Shown here: one piece after another, positions 38,192 to 49,965 of the stretch
Layout: every line of letters starts with the position of its first letter
Numbering within the stretch: the first letter of the stretch is position 1
Source of the DNA: Vicugna vicugna
Taxonomy: Eukaryota
Length of the DNA: 64,000 bases
Direction: 5' to 3'
Assembly: GCA_013265495.1 (NCBI GenBank)
Contig: MU058387.1
Coordinates: 124,001 to 188,000, forward strand
Position numbers and translations under genes: made by a program
Notes under the pieces: generated by a model
Told to the model about the DNA's origin: nothing
The model's database searches: none
What the model saw: the letters and a program-made list of their open reading frames with translations, nothing else

Positions 38192-38634
38192 CTTGTTTCT
38201 TCACCAATAATAAGTTTTAGACATCATTTCTAGTTTTGTAACAGTGTATATGGTTCTCTATTCCTTGTACAATGACAATTACGTTGGCACATTTTAACAC
38301 AGTCTTTTGCCCAAAGCTAATGAGTGGCAAGCACTTCTTAAGGTTTCTTTGGAACACATTTCATGGTTTAAAGACAGCATGCTTTGCCTATGGTGAAGGT
38401 GCTCGAACATTAAATGTTGCAAATAAACATGAATCAAAACTCCCAAGACCCAGCAAGGTAAACCTGGCCAAACATGTACTCCTAGACATCCATTTCAATA
38501 ATGTTGTGAACCTACTTGGATTTCTTTCCTGCCTGAAATTTAAAACACTGCATTAGATCGACCTATCACTAGTAACGTATTTATGGAGAGAAATAATTCT
38601 TTCCCTCTCTCCCTCCCTCCCCTCCTTTCTTTCT

Positions 38635-38835
38635 CACATTTTTGTTGAAGTATAACGCACAGGTCATAAGGGTACCACTGAAAGAATTTCCAGGAACAAA
38701 CACAGCCATATCACGCGAATACAGATCAGGAACAGGTACCTGATCAGCACTCTTGGAACCATTCTTGTGTTTCGCTTTAGCCATTGCCACCTCCAGCCCC
38801 AAATTTGGGGTTTTATCTGTTGTAACCAACAACTG
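38635..38835 (-). mobile_element. Old L1M 3'-end fragment
   Basis: ttttgttgaagtataacgcacag...aaacacagccatatcacg...cagatcaggaacag. Confidence 0.55.
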
Positions 38836-39222
38836 CTTGGTAATTAAGTCTCACCTCTACTTCAAGATTTCTAAGTGTTCTAACTACTAATCTATCAACC
38901 CTTCCGGGCCCTGCTTAATTCTCCTGCTCATTTCCTGCCGTTTGTCACCTGTCACTTTGTGCTCCAGCCACACTGAGCCACGACAACGCCGGAAAGCCGT
39001 CTTGCCCCCTCGATTCGTTGCTTTTGCCCTTCTTTGTTTCTTAAACAGCCTTCCCTACTCTCAGCCCACCCCACCCCATTCCCTCTTTTTGTGCCTCACT
39101 GATGGCACGATCTTTACGCATCCCCTCCGCACACTTCTTTCTATTCTCCAAGGGTACCTCAGGGGCCCCTTCCAAGCTCTTCGTGAGCATGCTTTTCTGT
39201 CTCAGTGTTGCACTCACCACAC

Positions 39223-39690
39223 TTGAAGAAAATTGCCTGGATCCTTCTGCTGACTGCTCACTCCCCAAAAAGGACCACCGGAATAACCTGTTGATCAAGC
39301 AAGGCCAGGGTTACTAGCACGTTGCAACAGGGGGGAACCCCATCTTCATAGAGTCTTGCTTGTGTTTCAGAACGGGGCGGTCAGGAGCAGATACCTACCT
39401 GGTTTTGGAATCTGGGTGCCAGGGGTTTAAGGTGGCTCTTTCAAGTCAGGGAATCCACTGGGACCGGACAACGTCTGCAATATAAAAGTTTTAGATTGGT
39501 GGACACAGAGAAGTGAGGAATTTGTCACGAGTCTTAAAGAGTAAACAGTTGTTTGGTAAGTGACCTTTTTGCCCAGAGGAGCAACCTATGATCCTGAGAT
39601 GCAGGCTTATTTGCTCAAAAGAGCAATCTCTTGATCAAAGAAATCGGATTCCAGCAATTTCTTAGAGCTATGAGTACAGTCGCGTATTGC
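39223..39690 (-). mobile_element. Old ERV-type LTR abutting the CpG island
   Basis: ttgatcaagcaaggccagggttactag...catagagtcttg...ggtttaaggtggctctttcaag resembles the antisense of old ERV LTRs; family not resolved. Confidence 0.5.
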
Positions 39691-40250
39691 TATGCAGTTC
39701 GTGTTATCTAACTAATCGCGTCCGCTGAGGGGGTCTGGCGACCTGGTTCTGCAGCGCCTCCAGGAAGGGGGCATCGCCTCCCGGGGCTGTGGTCGCAAAC
39801 GCAGGCGTTTTCCTCCTCACCGCTTGGCGCGCGGCGGCTCCGCGGGTTCCCACCGCCTGTGAGCCGCTGCTTTTCCCGCCGGCGGGTCTCCGCTGCTTCT
39901 CTCCTCTCGCGAGATTTCGCGCTTCCTAGTTTCCCCGGGGCTGGTCTTTTCCTCTGTCTATTTCTCTGCCTGTCTTTGTCACAGCCTGCAGCGTGCCGTG
40001 AATGATCCACCTGATCCGCTCCAGTTTGAATATGTCAGCGGCTCCCGAGGGGTTGACCTCGGGTTTTTTTTTTAACCAAGTGACTGGCAAGCGTGTGCAC
40101 GTTAGCACTTCTTACCGGGCACTGCTGTCAGCCGGACGAATCACTGTGTTATCTCTTACGATCACAGCAACCCCAAATCCAGAAGCTGTGGTTATCGTTT
40201 ATGGAGGTGGCATCTCCAGGTAACACACTAAGTGGCGAGGCCGAGGTTTC
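39680..40250. promoter_or_regulatory. CpG island promoter, possibly bidirectional
   Basis: Only dense CpG/GC-rich block in the window; donor-like sites on both strands (minus GCG/gtgagg at 39821; plus CAG/gtaaca at 40219). Confidence 0.85.
39905..39914. promoter_or_regulatory. TCTCGCGAGA palindrome (BANP/ZBTB33 CGCG element)
   Basis: Exact motif in the CpG island, followed by a degenerate TTTCGCGC half-copy. Confidence 0.85.
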
Positions 40251-43184
40251 AGCCAGCTTCCAGGCTCCTCCCTCCTGCCCCCTACCCCACCCCCCTCTTT
40301 TTCTCTTTACTTCCTTCCATTATTTTTCCTTAAGATGAGATAGCGAACTTTTTGGCCTCTTTATTGATCTCAGGTCATACATTAGGCTTGAAAAAATATG
40401 CAACACATAGTTCCAATGAAGAACTCATTGTTTTCTTCCAAAGGAAAAAAAAATAATAAAACAGCCAACTTTTTCCTCCAATCTCTAAATGCTCGTAGAG
40501 AGCCAACTTCCACGATGCCTGGTACACAGCACAGTCTTGAGAGTTCGTCCCACAGAATAGATTCAGGTAAACAAAACAAGAAACATGCCATTTGTTTCTC
40601 ATTACAAGAACATTCCCTGAACTTACCTAATCAGCATGCTTCTTTAAAAAAAAAAAGTCATCTGTGCCATTCTCATTAAAATCCCATCCAGAAAGTCTGG
40701 AAATAACTCAAAACTAGAAGGTGGCCAGGGTACTAACACTGCCTATGGCTCTTGCTACAGGATAATTGCCAGTCTGATTTGGATGTCTAGAAAGAGTAAC
40801 AGGAATTATAGGGTTCTGCGTGATTTGAAGAGAGCTTCCTAGAAGGACATGGAGGCCCAAGAAATCCACTTGCCTACTTCCTGGCAGCTCTCAAAGGGAA
40901 GACCACAAATCTTCTGGATGTTTTCTCCAATCAACATGGTTCAGGGCACCCACAGGAAGAGGAAGGTGCCCACACTCAAGCTGTGTAGAGGCAGGTGATC
41001 TTAGGTATCCTTCCTCTCACTTTTCAACCTCATGGTCCTTGAGAGCAGGCACTGTATGTTGTCCACTGTGACACATCTAAACTCCCTGTTTATGCACGTA
41101 ACTAATAAATAATACAAATATTAACACTCTAAGGGAGCAGGGTTTAAAGTGAGTAGAGGCCCCTGTGAGCTGCAAATTAACTTCAAAACATTTACTGAGA
41201 ACCACTGCTAGTATCTAATTCTTCCCTCAGAAGTGTTGAACGGGGGAAATGGAATTTATGGTGAATTTTGAGAGAGCCAAGATCAAGGCTGAGAATAACA
41301 GTCAATGCTGTGGAATCAGTAGGTTGAAGAAAGGAGCCTTAGAAGTCGGAGGTCAAGAGCAGCATGAAAGGCAAACAAAGCCAGCCCAAGCTAGGAAGGA
41401 TGTAGGAGCTGAGGGCCACCACCTCCCGGAAGACACTGAAACCAGGCAACTATTCAAAAGGATGAAAGCAACCGCCAGATAGGTGGACCTGGAAACCCAA
41501 AGCAAACGGGCCTCCATGGAAAGCTTCTTTTACTTTTTTCTGCTATAGGTACTGTTCAAGCTATAACACATTCTTGGGACTTTGCCCCAGGAATCCACAT
41601 GGCAACAGCACCACATTTGACAACTGCTAAGGACTTCAGCTTTTCTCATAAGGAAAAATTCCCGCCGGTTCTAAATCCTTCATGATTAAAACTTTTGAAA
41701 TCCAGCTGGCTCCATTTCAAACAAGGAAGGCTTTCAAGATCTTCATAAGAAATTAGGATGTGGAGTCTGCACAGAGAATTAATAATGTTAGGATTTGATT
41801 CATGCCAAGGAGAAGAAAAAGTTTCAAAATCCAACGGTCTTCATTCATGGAACTGCACGTTTATAATATATCTATTTCCCACAGCAAATATGAACCATGA
41901 AACGAGCAGTGAGAGATACGGTGGAAATGGACATGTGTGAAGAACTGCATCTACCATTTTATTAAAAATGTATATTAAGCTGGATTAAAATTACAGATGC
42001 TATCAACCTTCTTGTTTCAAAGAGTCTGTTGAATGCCAGCTGGGTTCAAAGGAAAAGATTACCTTTTTCCCTTCCCACTAAGCTCTAGTGTTGCATGGTC
42101 TGCCAGGTGCAGGAGGGACTTGATCTGTCCCTGAGGAATGAAGAACAGGCCACAGATGGAAGTCAGACACCCGAACTGAGTCCCAGGATGGCTCAAAATC
42201 AACTCAGCCTGCACCCAACACTGCAAGTGAATACTGTTCAAGGTGTGGTTGTCAGTCCTCACAGCTCGGTGCTTTTCTTCCTCTCCAGCTGGTTATTAAC
42301 AGAAACACACACACACACACAATATAAAGAAGCCAAAATACCACAAGGACTTCAGTGGACTTCATGCAGCGGAAGAGATGAGGTCAACTCCTTGATGTAA
42401 TTAGATAACTGTCTCAGGTAAGGAGATTTGTTTAAGCTGTTATGTCAATTACCTGAATGTGTAGAAATAATTCTGTGCCAATGTGCTCAAAGTTAACACG
42501 GCATTAATCTATTAATTCAAACTAAACATTAAGAAGACTGAGTTTGACTCTAAGACCTGATATTTTGATTTGTGCAATGAGGCAGGAGCTCTGTTTTAAT
42601 TTCTTCAATGATGTTAAATTTGACTATATTGAACTAAAAGTTTCTGAGCCGAGTAAGTCACAGTTGTATGCCTAAGATTTTAAAATTCAACAAAATCCCT
42701 ATATAGCAGTAAAATTTGAACTTCTGCAATAGCAGATGTGTCATTTTTAATCCTTGTTTATGAAACTGACCTAAATACACAAAATATTAGATAATTTCTC
42801 TATTAAAATGGCTCAGGCACTATATCCCCTGAATAGAATATTTAAAACTGTGTCTCAAAATTTCTCATTTAGAATTTCTCTGATCTCTCAATTTTGGATT
42901 TTTCAGGAATATCATATTCTAATAATAAAAAATATTCCCTCTAGTGAGACCCCCATAGTGTCAATATCTTTTGTATTTTGTGAACCTTATTTTATGTCAA
43001 GAATTTTCCACAACTTCAGCTAAGCAGAATAACCCTGTAGGAAGAAGTATTTTCCTTTTACTTCCCCAATTTGGGGGGGAGGATTTTAGGAAGGGAACCA
43101 TTTCTACCTAACCGTATTTGTAATTCAACATTACTTTCTAGAATAATTGATATTCTCAATGTTATTATCTTTAACTCTTATTCT

Positions 43185-43700
43185 TAGTAGCAGTAGTAAT
43201 AGTAGTAGCAGTAGTAATAGTAGTAGCTATAGTAATAGTAGTAGCAGTAGTAATAGTAGTAGTAGTAATAATAGTAGTAGCAGTAGTACTAGTAGTAGTA
43301 GTAATAGTAGTAGCAGTAGTAATAGTAGCAGCAGTAATAATAGCAGTAGTAATAGTAGTAGTAGTAATAGTAGTAGCAGTAGTAATAGTAGTAGTAGTAA
43401 TAGCAGCAATAGTAATAGTAGCAGCAGTAGTAATAGTAGTAGTAGTAATAGCAGCAATAGTAATAGTAGCAGCAGTAGTAATAGTAGCACCAGTAATAGT
43501 AGTAGCAGTAGTAATAGTAGTAGCAGTAGTAATAGTAGCAGTAGTAATAGTAACAACAGTAATAGTAGTAGCAGTAATAATAGTAGTAGCAGTAGTAATA
43601 GTAACAATAGTAATAGTAGCAGCAGTAGTAATAGTAGTAGCAGCAGCAGCAATAGCAATAGTACTAGTATTGGTAGTAGTGGTAATAGTAATAGTAGTAT
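43185..43700. repeat. Long imperfect triplet repeat (AGT/AAT/AGC)n
   Basis: About 170 contiguous triplets agtagcagtagtaatagtagt... Confidence 0.98.
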
Positions 43701-43924
43701 AGCCAGCCATGAAGTGGAAAAGTAGACTTTGAAAGTCATCAGTTTTAAAGAATCTACAGTACAAATGTAAATATGGCTCCAGATTCTCTTTAAATCAGAA
43801 GAAATTCTGACCTAGACTAAATCTTTATTTTTTTTTCATCAAACTACAGTTTTTATCAGTTGGTGGAGCCATGATAGAAAGGGAAAATTTCGTGTGTTTA
43901 GAAAATGACAGGTCAATAGATAAT

Positions 43925-44345
43925 TGTTGGAGAAAGTCGTCAAGAGGACTTGACCATCAGGTGACCTGTGAGCTGGACCCAGCGATCAGAGGCTCCACAC
44001 CCCCTCCCCTGGCCTTGGAATGTATGCTCTGCCCAGTGTTCCCACAGTAGGAGCCGTTTCATGGACCCAGCCCCAAAAGAGTAAGGTGTTGTCAAGACCA
44101 CCTAGACAGAAGACACAACTGAACACAGTTAAAGCCTCCATACAAACATTAAGAGTCTGGCGGGCGGGTGTGGAGATCTACTCATCTTTCAGCTGCCTGA
44201 GACAAGCTTCCTGTGTAAGCTCCCCTACTTTTTAAACCTGCCACCTGCCACTCTGGAGTGGCCACCTCTCTCTTTGGTATCTCCTTGCCCTCCATGTACA
44301 GGGGGCTGGTTCCACCCAGGGAAGCCCCAGAGTTGAGAACCAACA
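43925..44345 (+). mobile_element. Solo LTR, probably ERVL class (MER73/74/88-like)
   Basis: TGTTGG...CCAACA inverted termini; flanks ATAAT/ATATT (5 bp, 1 mismatch). Confidence 0.75.
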
Positions 44346-46482
44346 ATATTTAACTCCAACTTTACCTAACTGGACCTCAAAACAAAAGATGTTATTATAT
44401 GTGTGATCTTAAGTAGCACACTTGCATTTTGAAGCTTTAATGATGGCAATTAACATAAATAAAGATTTCCAAAATGATTCCTGGGCCTTTTCTTTTTCTT
44501 CCTTTCTGTCCTCCTCAGGAGACAGGCTGCTTTTTGGTACACGTGTTAGACCCTGGCCTCTCCCGTGTTTCTCCCGTGTGCCTCTCTTACTATTAGTACT
44601 TGGGTAACCGAGGTGTTGTCTGATTGACGGCACCAAAGGATCTTCAGTATTACGTCATCAAACTATATTTCTTTTCCCTCAAAACTTCCAACCTATTTGC
44701 AACATTGTCATCAACTTGTGATTTAGGCAAAATGTGCTACTCTGTAGAGTGTCCCTGGGTAGCTGTCCTGTCATCTTTGCATATGCATACGCCTTGTGCT
44801 CTGGTCTCCAACGATCTTTAGGAAGAGCTGAATAATAATCTTACATACCACCTCCCTCTTAATTAAAAATGTAGCTGATTTGTACATTCCCTAAACTAAA
44901 CAGCCATGAAATAGCTCTCAGACTATCACAAAATAGGAGTCCGTTGTCATAGGCAAAATACATGATTCACCCTACCGCCACCATTGGGTGCTAGCTAGCA
45001 CATACACCAGTTCTCATCTAATGGAAACATGAAATATTTGACAAACTATACTGCTTTGTCAGCCCCGTTTCCATTGTTGCTATGCTACAAAAATTTTAAT
45101 ATATTAATCCTATCCCCTTCCATTTTGAAAAGGAAACATCTACTCCCAGCTCAGCGCAAAAATTTCCGAAAGCAATCCTTCAGAGTGTGTTTTATTGTGA
45201 GTACAAACCTCTACATTTGATTAAAATAAAAGTCGAACACACTGATATAAATTATTGCAGAATACAAGAAGTGTTCATAAAAGCTAGAGAGCATCATTAG
45301 ATTATAGAAATGATTTTATAAGAGAGGTGATTCTCTCCTCTGCTTTAAATGCATCTTTTATGTACATATATGTGAGGATGAATATGACTTTTTATGTTTA
45401 TTACAGAAGATGTCTATTCTTCCCAGTTCCGATTTTTTTTTTTAATTCCAATACTTTTGCATTTCCCTTTGCCTCTGTTCTGGCATTTCGCTCTCTGGAG
45501 CCATTATTCAAAGTGATACTTAATAGCCCCAATAAGAAAGCAACATCTTTCAGTAATGCACATGACTGCTTAATGATGCAAGATCATCTTAATTCCCTCT
45601 CCTTGTGTTTTATTTTTCTTTAGGGGGCAACAATTCTAAAGGCTTAACTCTGTCTCAGCTGGTGAAAGTTGAATTGGCCTGCTGAGTGCTGTGGCATTCT
45701 TTCTCCCCTCAGTTGGTCCGAGGAATAAAATCCCTAATGCTCTTTTGAGAGTGAACCATTTGAAGAGTGTGAGTGGTTTGCTTCCAAAATTTTGTTGCTT
45801 GGAGAATTGAGTTAAACACAAGGGGACAGATAGGCTGCTGTTTCCAAGACCTCTTAAAAGACATAAAGTCACACCAAATGATACGTCTTTTTACAGATTT
45901 CTCCCTTTAACACCATTTTCCCAAAGGCTGACCTGCTAGTTAAATCAGGAAAGAGGAAGCATGGCCCATCACTTGGAACAGACGAGGGAGGAGCCCAGAG
46001 AGCATGAGGCTGCTGGATTCCATGCTTATTATCAGAGAATGAGTAATGGGTGCCCTGCAGGCCTGAGCGGCAGGGAGTCACCTTTATGTAAATATCCAAA
46101 CGGCTCAGGCTTCAAGCCCCATGTCAGCTCCCCTCCTCCCCACCATGGTTTTTGCTTTCCAGATAATTCCCAAGTTCCCCAGCAGTGCCTGATTCACTCC
46201 TTATAATCACTCCACTGGTGCCGAAGTAGGGATTCTGACATGCTTCATGCCAGACTCTGAAATCTCAATCCTGCATCTTTCCCCAGGTGAAGTTGGCTGC
46301 TTCCACATGCCTTCGGTCTTCCGGGAATTACAGATTGGACAAGGAAAAGCTCCAGCCCCCTGGTTGCTATGAATCTCTGATCAGGCCCCAGACTCCCTCC
46401 CACCCACGGAAGAATCCTGTTGACCTCTTAACGGAATGTCCCTCATGCTGGTGCTGGTGATCTGTTGGGCAGATGCTGCCTT

Positions 46483-47486
46483 TGTTACGGGAGAATAATT
46501 TCTAGTCTCTCAGGTAGGAAAGAATTCAAGAGCGAGGCACAGTAAGTTTAGTCAAGCCGTAACACAGTCCATAGACAGACTGCAAGTGGTCTCAAAAGGC
46601 AAGAGAGTGACCATGAGACACAGGGTTAGTTTCTACTGACTCAGTAATTTCATATGCTGATGAGTAGGAGGATTATTCCATCTACTTTGGGGAAGGGGGC
46701 GGGGACTTCCAGGAACTGGGTCCCGCCTACTTTTGACCATTTATGGTCAGCCTAGGAACTGTCATGGCTCCTATGGGTGTTCCTTGAGACTCAAGGTCTA
46801 CTGGAAGTCCAGTCTTCTGCCATCTTAGTTCTAACCAGTTTGTCCTGTCCTCAGTTGCTGTGTTGAGGTGGAAAGCCACATAAAAAAAAGCCAGCCAGAT
46901 CCCCAGGCAGGGCCACTACTCTCCTGCCAGCACCATCCAGTTCCCTGGCCCAGTGGCTCTATCTCACTTTTTGCCTCTGAAATGGCTTACTTCTAGGAAA
47001 GTGGAACTTACCCCTAAAATTCTATTGGTTCCCTGAGCTCACTCCTGATTGGTCCATTTCCCTAACTCCTGATTGGTCCATTTGTAGTACTTCATTTGCA
47101 TGGAGCTCTCTCCTGATTGGTTATTTCTCTCCCTCCTGATTGGTCCATTTCTACAAAGCTTGTTTCTAATTAGTCAACTTTTGTTATACCTTATTTGCAT
47201 ATGATGCTGCAAAGTGTAAATTGGCAGCCTATAAAAGCCTGTGTAAACCTACAGATGGGGTCCAGAGCTTGGAGTGTTAACTCTTCTGGGCCTGCTGGTG
47301 TAATAAACCTGAGTTCTCCAACCCTCAGAGTGCTGCTTGATCTCTTGCCCGGATCCAGGTTGCTGTCACAACTGAGCTGTAACATCAAGCTGCAACACTG
47401 AGTTGTAACACTGAGCTGTAACACGTTTTTCTGCAACAGTGTCATTCCTTCAGTGGGTGTGCCCTGTGTCCTCCCCTCCTGTCTCA
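46483..47486 (-). mobile_element. MER41-like ERV1 LTR, interrupted by a nested LTR
   Basis: Minus strand starts TGAGACAGGAG and ends GTAACA. ggaggattattcc...ggggaagggggcggggacttccaggaactggg...aactgtcatggc resembles the MER41 core. Flanks CCTT/CTTT. Confidence 0.75.
46861..47438 (+). mobile_element. Nested ERV1-type solo LTR with intact-looking promoter
   Basis: TGTTG...CAACA termini; repeated CTGATTGG, ATTTGCAT x2, TATAAAA 47230, AATAAA 47302, tandem GAGCTGTAACA in U5. Confidence 0.85.
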
Positions 47487-47878
47487 CTTTGGGCAGCCTC
47501 ATCTGGACAAAAGGGAACCCTAACTTCATCATCACCTTTCTGCTCCAAATGTGAAACCGACTCAACCACTGAGACCAAGTTTAATTTTACAAAAGATTAT
47601 GGAAAGCTTCCTGCTAAGGTCTTTTTAGATCCCAAGGGTCTAGGTTCATCTTAATGGGGTGCTTTACAGCCCTACGGTCTAAACTCCCCCACTAAGAAGG
47701 AAACACATGATGCCCTGGAGCTCTGCCTCAGTCACCTGAGAGCTTTTGTCACTAAACAGAGCTCTGATTTCGTCTTTCTGAAATGGGCCCGTAGATTAAT
47801 GATGATGCATGAGGAGGAAGGCTTTCCCCATCATTCTGCGTGCAGGAGATCGAGTGGCTCTGCCCATCTTCGATATTT

Positions 47879-48826
47879 CAGGCGTCTGCTACATTACTTA
47901 TGGGACTCAGTTCCTAATGAACAGGTGGAGCCCCTTGTTCAAAGAAAAGAAGAATGTGCCATTAAAGCTACTGGAATATGAAACTCTTTCCTTTCTCCTG
48001 TGGTCTTTTTCTCAACCTGTCCTGGCATCACTTTTTCTATTATTTAGCACCTCACTGCCTCAGGTACTGTGGCACTCACGGGGGTCTGTGTAGATCCTCA
48101 CAGGCTCCTGGGGCTGGCCCTGCCTGTGGTCCCACGATGCGCACAGCAGCACGCTGCTTGCAGGGTTCCTTCTCCCCAAGGCTCCAGGACTGAGACACTA
48201 GGTGGGGAGGAAGGAGAGCCCATCTCCCCTCCTCACGGCCTACCACCTGCCTTTCCGACCTATATCACCATGGTTGTAGCCTCCACGTGGGGACCATACC
48301 CCTGGATGAAAACTGGTAGGAGGACTGCTCCCAACCTCCTGTCACTGGTGAAGCACTTCCAGCCCTGGGAGAGCAATGATGCCCCAACCTCCTGTCACTG
48401 GTGAAGCACTTCCAGCCCTGGGAGAGCAATGATGCCCACGGCCATGCTCCACCCTACGCTCCATCCTAAGATATGCAGGGTGCCCATGTTGGACCCAGAT
48501 CCTCCATGCCTGTGCCTAAGCCCAGGACCCCACAGGGTGAGGCTGCAGAGGCAGAAGGAGACAGCAGTTGGGCAGGGGTGGGGAGGGGGAGGCCAAGTGA
48601 CCTAGGGTGTCAGGGACCCAAAAGTCAAAAATCTTTCCTCAAGGATGTGGGGAAAGATGAACCCATAAGAGACAGGATCACGGTAAGCCAAGCACATATT
48701 CAAAGATAAAATTCCTTTGAATTTCAACACAGTGGCCATAGATCATTAAACTCCCAGCTGGGGCCCTTCTGAATGTAGCAGCCCCAGGCAAATGCATGGG
48801 TTCCCATGCCCTTGAAATGGGCCTTC
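47879..48826. mobile_element. MER45-like hAT-Tip100 DNA transposon
   Basis: gagccccttgttcaaag...gtgccattaaagctactggaatatgaaactctttcc at one end; gggcccttctgaatg...catgcccttgaaatgggcc at the other. Confidence 0.65.
48330..48437. repeat. Perfect 53-bp tandem duplication
   Basis: cccaacctcctgtcactggtgaagcacttccagccctgggagagcaatgatgc x2. Confidence 0.97.
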
Positions 48827-49399
48827 CTTAATCAGATGTTCTCTATTCTCTTGGCTAAACCCAACAAGGCCAGCTCAGCCTCTCTGGGAGAGTCAGAGTG
48901 GGGCTATGCGGATTTGCTTCGACAGTTCGGGCAATGTTAGTCATGCATTATAATCTCTGCGAGTCCAGGTTTCCACACACTGACAGCTGTATAAGGAATA
49001 AAAGTGACATTTTGATTTGATCTTCATCTGCCTGAGTTCTCTTGGGTTCTTGTTCCTACTCTCACTCACTCTCCCTCAATGAATCATGAACTCCACGTGT
49101 CCTCCTGAGAGCAGGGCATCCGCAGGGAGCAGTAGCTCTCCCTGCTACTTCGTGGCACACATTGCACCCAGGGAGACCTCCTCTGGCCCAGTGTTGCCCA
49201 TGACTGGGTAGACCACTTTTTCTCATCCAGGGTTTGGTGAGCTTTCACACAAAGCTGTATCCTTCCACTCAGCCTTTCTCGGTAATTGCATCTTTATTTT
49301 GTTATTGCTCCTTTTCTTTATTTTACAATCAATTCAAAGCTAGACATGGAAATGTGGAACTATTTATTGGATGCTCTTAGATACCCCACAACACGTGCA

Positions 49400-49965
49400 A
49401 GACTTTCCTCAACCATTCATCTATGACTTTTGACACTGTTGAGCATTGGATGTTCCCTGAGGATGGATGGAGCCTTCTCCAACATCCAGATTTCAGAAAT
49501 CTAGGCCATCTTTGTTCAATTCCTTTTCTGAATGTTCCTTCTCATTTTCAGCCAGAATTTCTTCTCTGCTTGCTCCATAAAGACTATTTCAGTATTTTAT
49601 CATTCTATTTCCTCTCTTTAACAGTCTTTTCCTTTCCCATGTTTCCAAATACCACCCATGCACCAATGATTCTCAAATTTCCTTCCCTAGCTTGCCATCC
49701 CCAACAAATTCTAGAACCAGGTATCTTAGTCCTTGTTAAATATCTGTGTCTGGATAGGAAACAGTTTTCTGGAAACCTGTAGTATAAAATGAACTAATCC
49801 AATTTCTCTCTTTATATTGCTCCTCCTTTTATACCCCCAACATGATGGAGAGCTAATTCATACAACACAGTGCACCCAAGCCAGAAACCCTAACATCTGA
49901 GATTCCCAGTGATCTTCTTTTCTGCTCCTAACACATTCACCAAATAACCTACTCCTATAAGTTGT
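49400..49965 (+). mobile_element. L2 fragment
   Basis: ttttgacactgttgagca...atgcaccaatgattctcaaatt...cacccaagccagaaaccc. Confidence 0.6.

Noticed and set aside
39708..40338. ORFs over the CpG island
   Set aside because: Expected from stop-poor GC-rich sequence; no recognisable protein.
43147..43764. 192-aa Ser/Asn, 197-aa Thr and 170-aa Leu ORFs
   Set aside because: These are artefacts of the triplet repeat, and the + ORF starts at TTG. The likeness to DSPP or mucins is compositional only.
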